NCBI GenBank assembly: GCA_047967505.1
Contig: CM106538.1
Origin: Dipteris shenzhenensis
Lineage: Eukaryota
DNA length: 64,000 nucleotides
Strand: one strand, 5' to 3'
This document shows positions 61,301 through 64,000 of this stretch, piece after piece. Numbering within the stretch: the first letter of the stretch is position 1; every line of letters begins with the position of its first letter. A program made the translations under genes and the position numbers. Below the pieces are notes generated by a model, which saw only the letters and a program-made list of their open reading frames with translations, did not search any database and was not told the DNA's origin.

Positions 61301-63005
61301 ACCTGGAAGTGAGCCTATTTTGCGCAGGTCTACCAGGGTTAGGTATCATGTGGATAGGCTGAAATATGATGGATTTACAGCCATTCACTATGCCTATATG
61401 GTCAAAGTGATACACGAACCAGAACTCACTTCTTTTGAGCAAGCCATGGGAAATGAAAAATGGGAGAAAGCCATGGATGAAGAAATGGATGCCTTGGATG
61501 CTAATGCTACATGGGAATTGGTGCCTTTGCCTAAAGGCAAGAATGCAATTGGTTGTAAGTGGGTTTATAAGATCAAGCACAATGCAGATGGTTCTGTGAA
61601 TAGATACAAGGCAAGATTAGTTGTCAAGGGGTATGCACAGACATATGGCATTGATTATGAAGAAACTTTCAGCCCGGTTGCAAGGATGGCAACCGTAAGA
61701 GCAGCCATTGCTATGGCTGCATCAAAGGGATGGTCTTTACATCAGATGGATGTAAAGAATGCCTTCTTGCATGGTGATTTGCAAGAAGAGGTCTTTATGG
61801 AGCAGCCAGCAGGTTATGTTCATGCTACTCATCCTGAGTTTGTTTGCAGGTTGAAGAAAGCCTTGTATGGCTTGAAGCAAGCACCCAGAGCATGGTCTGA
61901 CAAGATAGGACAGTATCTTGTCACTATTGGCTTTCAGATTTCCAAGGAAGATTTCTCACTCTATGTGAGAAAAACAGAGAAAGGGATTATGCTGCTGGTC
62001 ATTTATGTTGATGATTTGATCATCACAGGTGATAGTGATGAAGATATCCTTCATGTGAAAATGCTATTGAGGCAGAAGTTTGAGATGAAGGATTTGGGAG
62101 AGCTGCGTTATTTCTTGGGCATTGAGGTGATTAGATCACCAAGTGGGATACAGCTCTTATAGAGGCAGTATGGATTGGACATGCTGTCCAAATATGGGAT
62201 GATAGGCTGTAAGCCTATTTCAGTTCCTTTGGAGCAGAATGTGAAGCTGAGCACAGATGCAGGTGAGCTTCTGGAAGACCCTACTATGTACAGACGCATA
62301 GTAGGAAGTTTGATTTACATGACTATTAGCAGGCTAGATTTGAGCTATGCTGTTGGGCTAGTAAGTCAGTTTATGCAGGCTCCAAGGAAACCACATTTGG
62401 ATCCGGCTAGATGCATACTCAGGTATGTGAAGTCCACATTGCAGTATGGACTATTTTATGAGGCTGGGGTTCAGATACAGTTGCATGGATACACTGATGC
62501 TGATTGGGCTGGTAGTATTTCTGATAGACGATCTACCAGTGGATATGTGTTCTCTTTTGGGAGTGCTGCAGTCACTTGGAGCAGCAAGAAACAGCCTACA
62601 GTTGCCTTGTCGAGCACAGAGGCTGAGTACAGGGGTGCAGCAATGGCTGCATGTGAGGTAGCTTGGTTGCATAAGCTACTCTATGATATGCATCAGTCTA
62701 TAGATGGGCCGGTTGTCATTTATTGTGACAACATGAGCAGTATACACTTGGCAAAGAACCTAGTCTTTCATGCTAGAACAAAGCACATTGAGGTGCATTA
62801 TCACTATGTGCGGGAGAAGGTTTTACTAGGTCTTATTGATCTAGTTTATGTCAGCACAGAGGATCAGGTAGCTGACATATTCATGAAAGCATTGGGCACA
62901 GAGAAGCTGCGCAAGTTCAGAGACCTGCTTGGTGTGCAGGATTTGGGATTGAGCTCGAGGGGGAGTGTTGAGATATCGAGCTCCACTCGAGATATACCAG
63001 GGTGA
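58387..63005 (+). pseudogene. Copia-4 gag-pol (a few stops, one frameshift, MITE insertion)
   Basis: Motifs CYYCGKMGHMAKDC, WYVDSG, LRSDGGGEY, YKARLVVKG, IYVDDL, TDADWAG. Stops at 59452, 60250 and 62160. Confidence 0.96.
61018..61264 (+). mobile_element. MITE copy 3 (247 bp)
   Basis: Perfect TIR; 8-bp TSD ACCTGGAA (61010-61017 / 61265-61272). The empty site is visible in paralogous Copia-2 near 12255. Confidence 0.97.
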
Positions 63006-63318
63006 CCATTGGGTACTTATGTCACCGACTTGTTAGCTGGAGATGCGGTTGGTACACTGCCCATGAATAATAGCTGGATGACAGCTATCCTTATCTACAC
63101 TAGTTCGTGGCTCAGTTAGTATGCCACCTTAGTTAGTTGAGTTTGGTTTGAGAACCACATATAGGGTTCTTCTATTTCTTTGTACTTGAGTTCTTTTGGC
63201 TTTCACAACTAAGAAGAGGAAAACTGTTTTCAGCCTCCACCTTTGTGTGTATTCCCCCATTTGTGATTGTGAGAAAGCCGCAAGTGAGACTCCTTCCCTC
63301 TCTCCGACTATCTTCACA
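62966..63318 (+). repeat. Copia-4 3' LTR
   Basis: Direct repeat of 57487-57842. Confidence 0.97.
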
Positions 63319-64000
63319 GGTTTAGCCATCCCCTTTGTGATGGAAGTACGCAAGGTTGATCTACGATGCTTCAAGACCAAACCCATGTGCTCTCGCATAT
63401 AATCCTCATTAAACTCCCAATTTGGCGGGTTAGGGTATTTTTGTTTTAATTCATCGATGACCGCCTGCTTCTTTTGGTCATCTTGATACCACCAATCGAT
63501 AGCAATGCCGCTCTTGAAGTGATGGCTCATCAACCTCCTCATGGTGGCCATCACTGCTTTGCTCTTTCTATCTTCTATTATCTCTCCGACAACCGTGATT
63601 TATTAGGAGAGGTCCTCGTCTGGGTAAGAAGGGCTTATGGTAGCGACAGAGTCAGAGCGAGTGAAAGCTGTGCGAGCGCTTCCAGAGTGAGGAGTAGCAG
63701 TGGGAGTAGGAGAGGGCAAGGGACCTGACTGATATTGTGTCTTTAGACCAAGTGGAGACCTGTAGGGATGTGAGTGTGCTAACTCGTCTACATCTCCTGA
63801 GTCAGCACAACATAAGCGGCCCCTCCCACTCTTCCTTTCCTTATGAGAGGCACGCGCAGGTGATGACCCCTTAGTCGAAGGGGCACGAGAGGACGGATGG
63901 ACAGTAGGTCCTCCCGTCGGTGTAGGGGAGGGAATTGCTGAGGTCCTTTGAGATAGCAGAGAGAAGAATCTCGCTGCCTCCTCATCGGTCATCTGTGCTA

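Larger units (their letters stand above)
57487..63318 (+). mobile_element. Full-length Ty1/Copia (Copia-4), same family as Copia-2
   Basis: LTRs 57487-57842 and 62966-63318 (TG...CA); TSD GGTTT; PBS TGGTATCAGAGC at 57843; PPT GAGGGGGAG at 62957-62965. Confidence 0.98.
56800..63992 (-). pseudogene. CACTA-borne spliced gene, possibly TnpA/Transposase_24-like, split by Copia-4
   Basis: ...TSITKGMAKP (ends at 63319) continues as S*VDKADWKFFKK...FEATM plus a GTAAGT donor at ~57321. Further small exons extend to ~56800. Confidence 0.5.
56124..64000 (-). mobile_element. CACTA/En-Spm element: terminus and subterminal repeats, continuing past the right window edge
   Basis: CACTACAAG at 56124; clustered CGTCGCTA/TAGCGACG repeats at 56200-56520; spliced gene inside. 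Confidence 0.8.

Overview
This 64-kb window is repeat-saturated plant nuclear DNA, probably from a non-seed plant such as a fern (inference from the element types). I found no intact host gene, RNA gene or CRISPR array. From left to right: (1) A degenerate minus-strand non-chromovirus Ty3/Gypsy element with a second, archaeal-type RNase H (1-17477). Two Ty1/Copia elements are nested in it, and it abuts a deleted sister copy. (2) A decayed Sola-like DDD transposase, then an ~8-kb tandem array (~182-bp monomer, ~545-bp trimeric higher-order repeat), then an intron-containing gene with three Ulp1/C48-like protease domains. (3) A third Copia, split by a full-length 7.3-kb GC-rich L1-type LINE with a perfect 16-bp TSD. 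(4) Diverged relatives of the 180-bp repeat, a CACTA Tnp2 relic, and a Gypsy-related fragment with three ORFs chained by TAATG/TGATG stop-start overlaps. (5) A CACTA element end whose gene is split by a full-length Copia. Three copies of a 246-247 bp MITE (TIR CTCGGGGGGGTCACT, 8-bp TSDs) are scattered through the window. The strongest novelty candidates are the stop-start coupled cassette ending in a stand-alone RNase H (its middle ORF is also conserved upstream of gag in the Gypsy), the Sola-transposase/dyad-satellite/triple-Ulp1 block, and the MITE family. All family assignments come from recognising motifs by eye; no searches were run.
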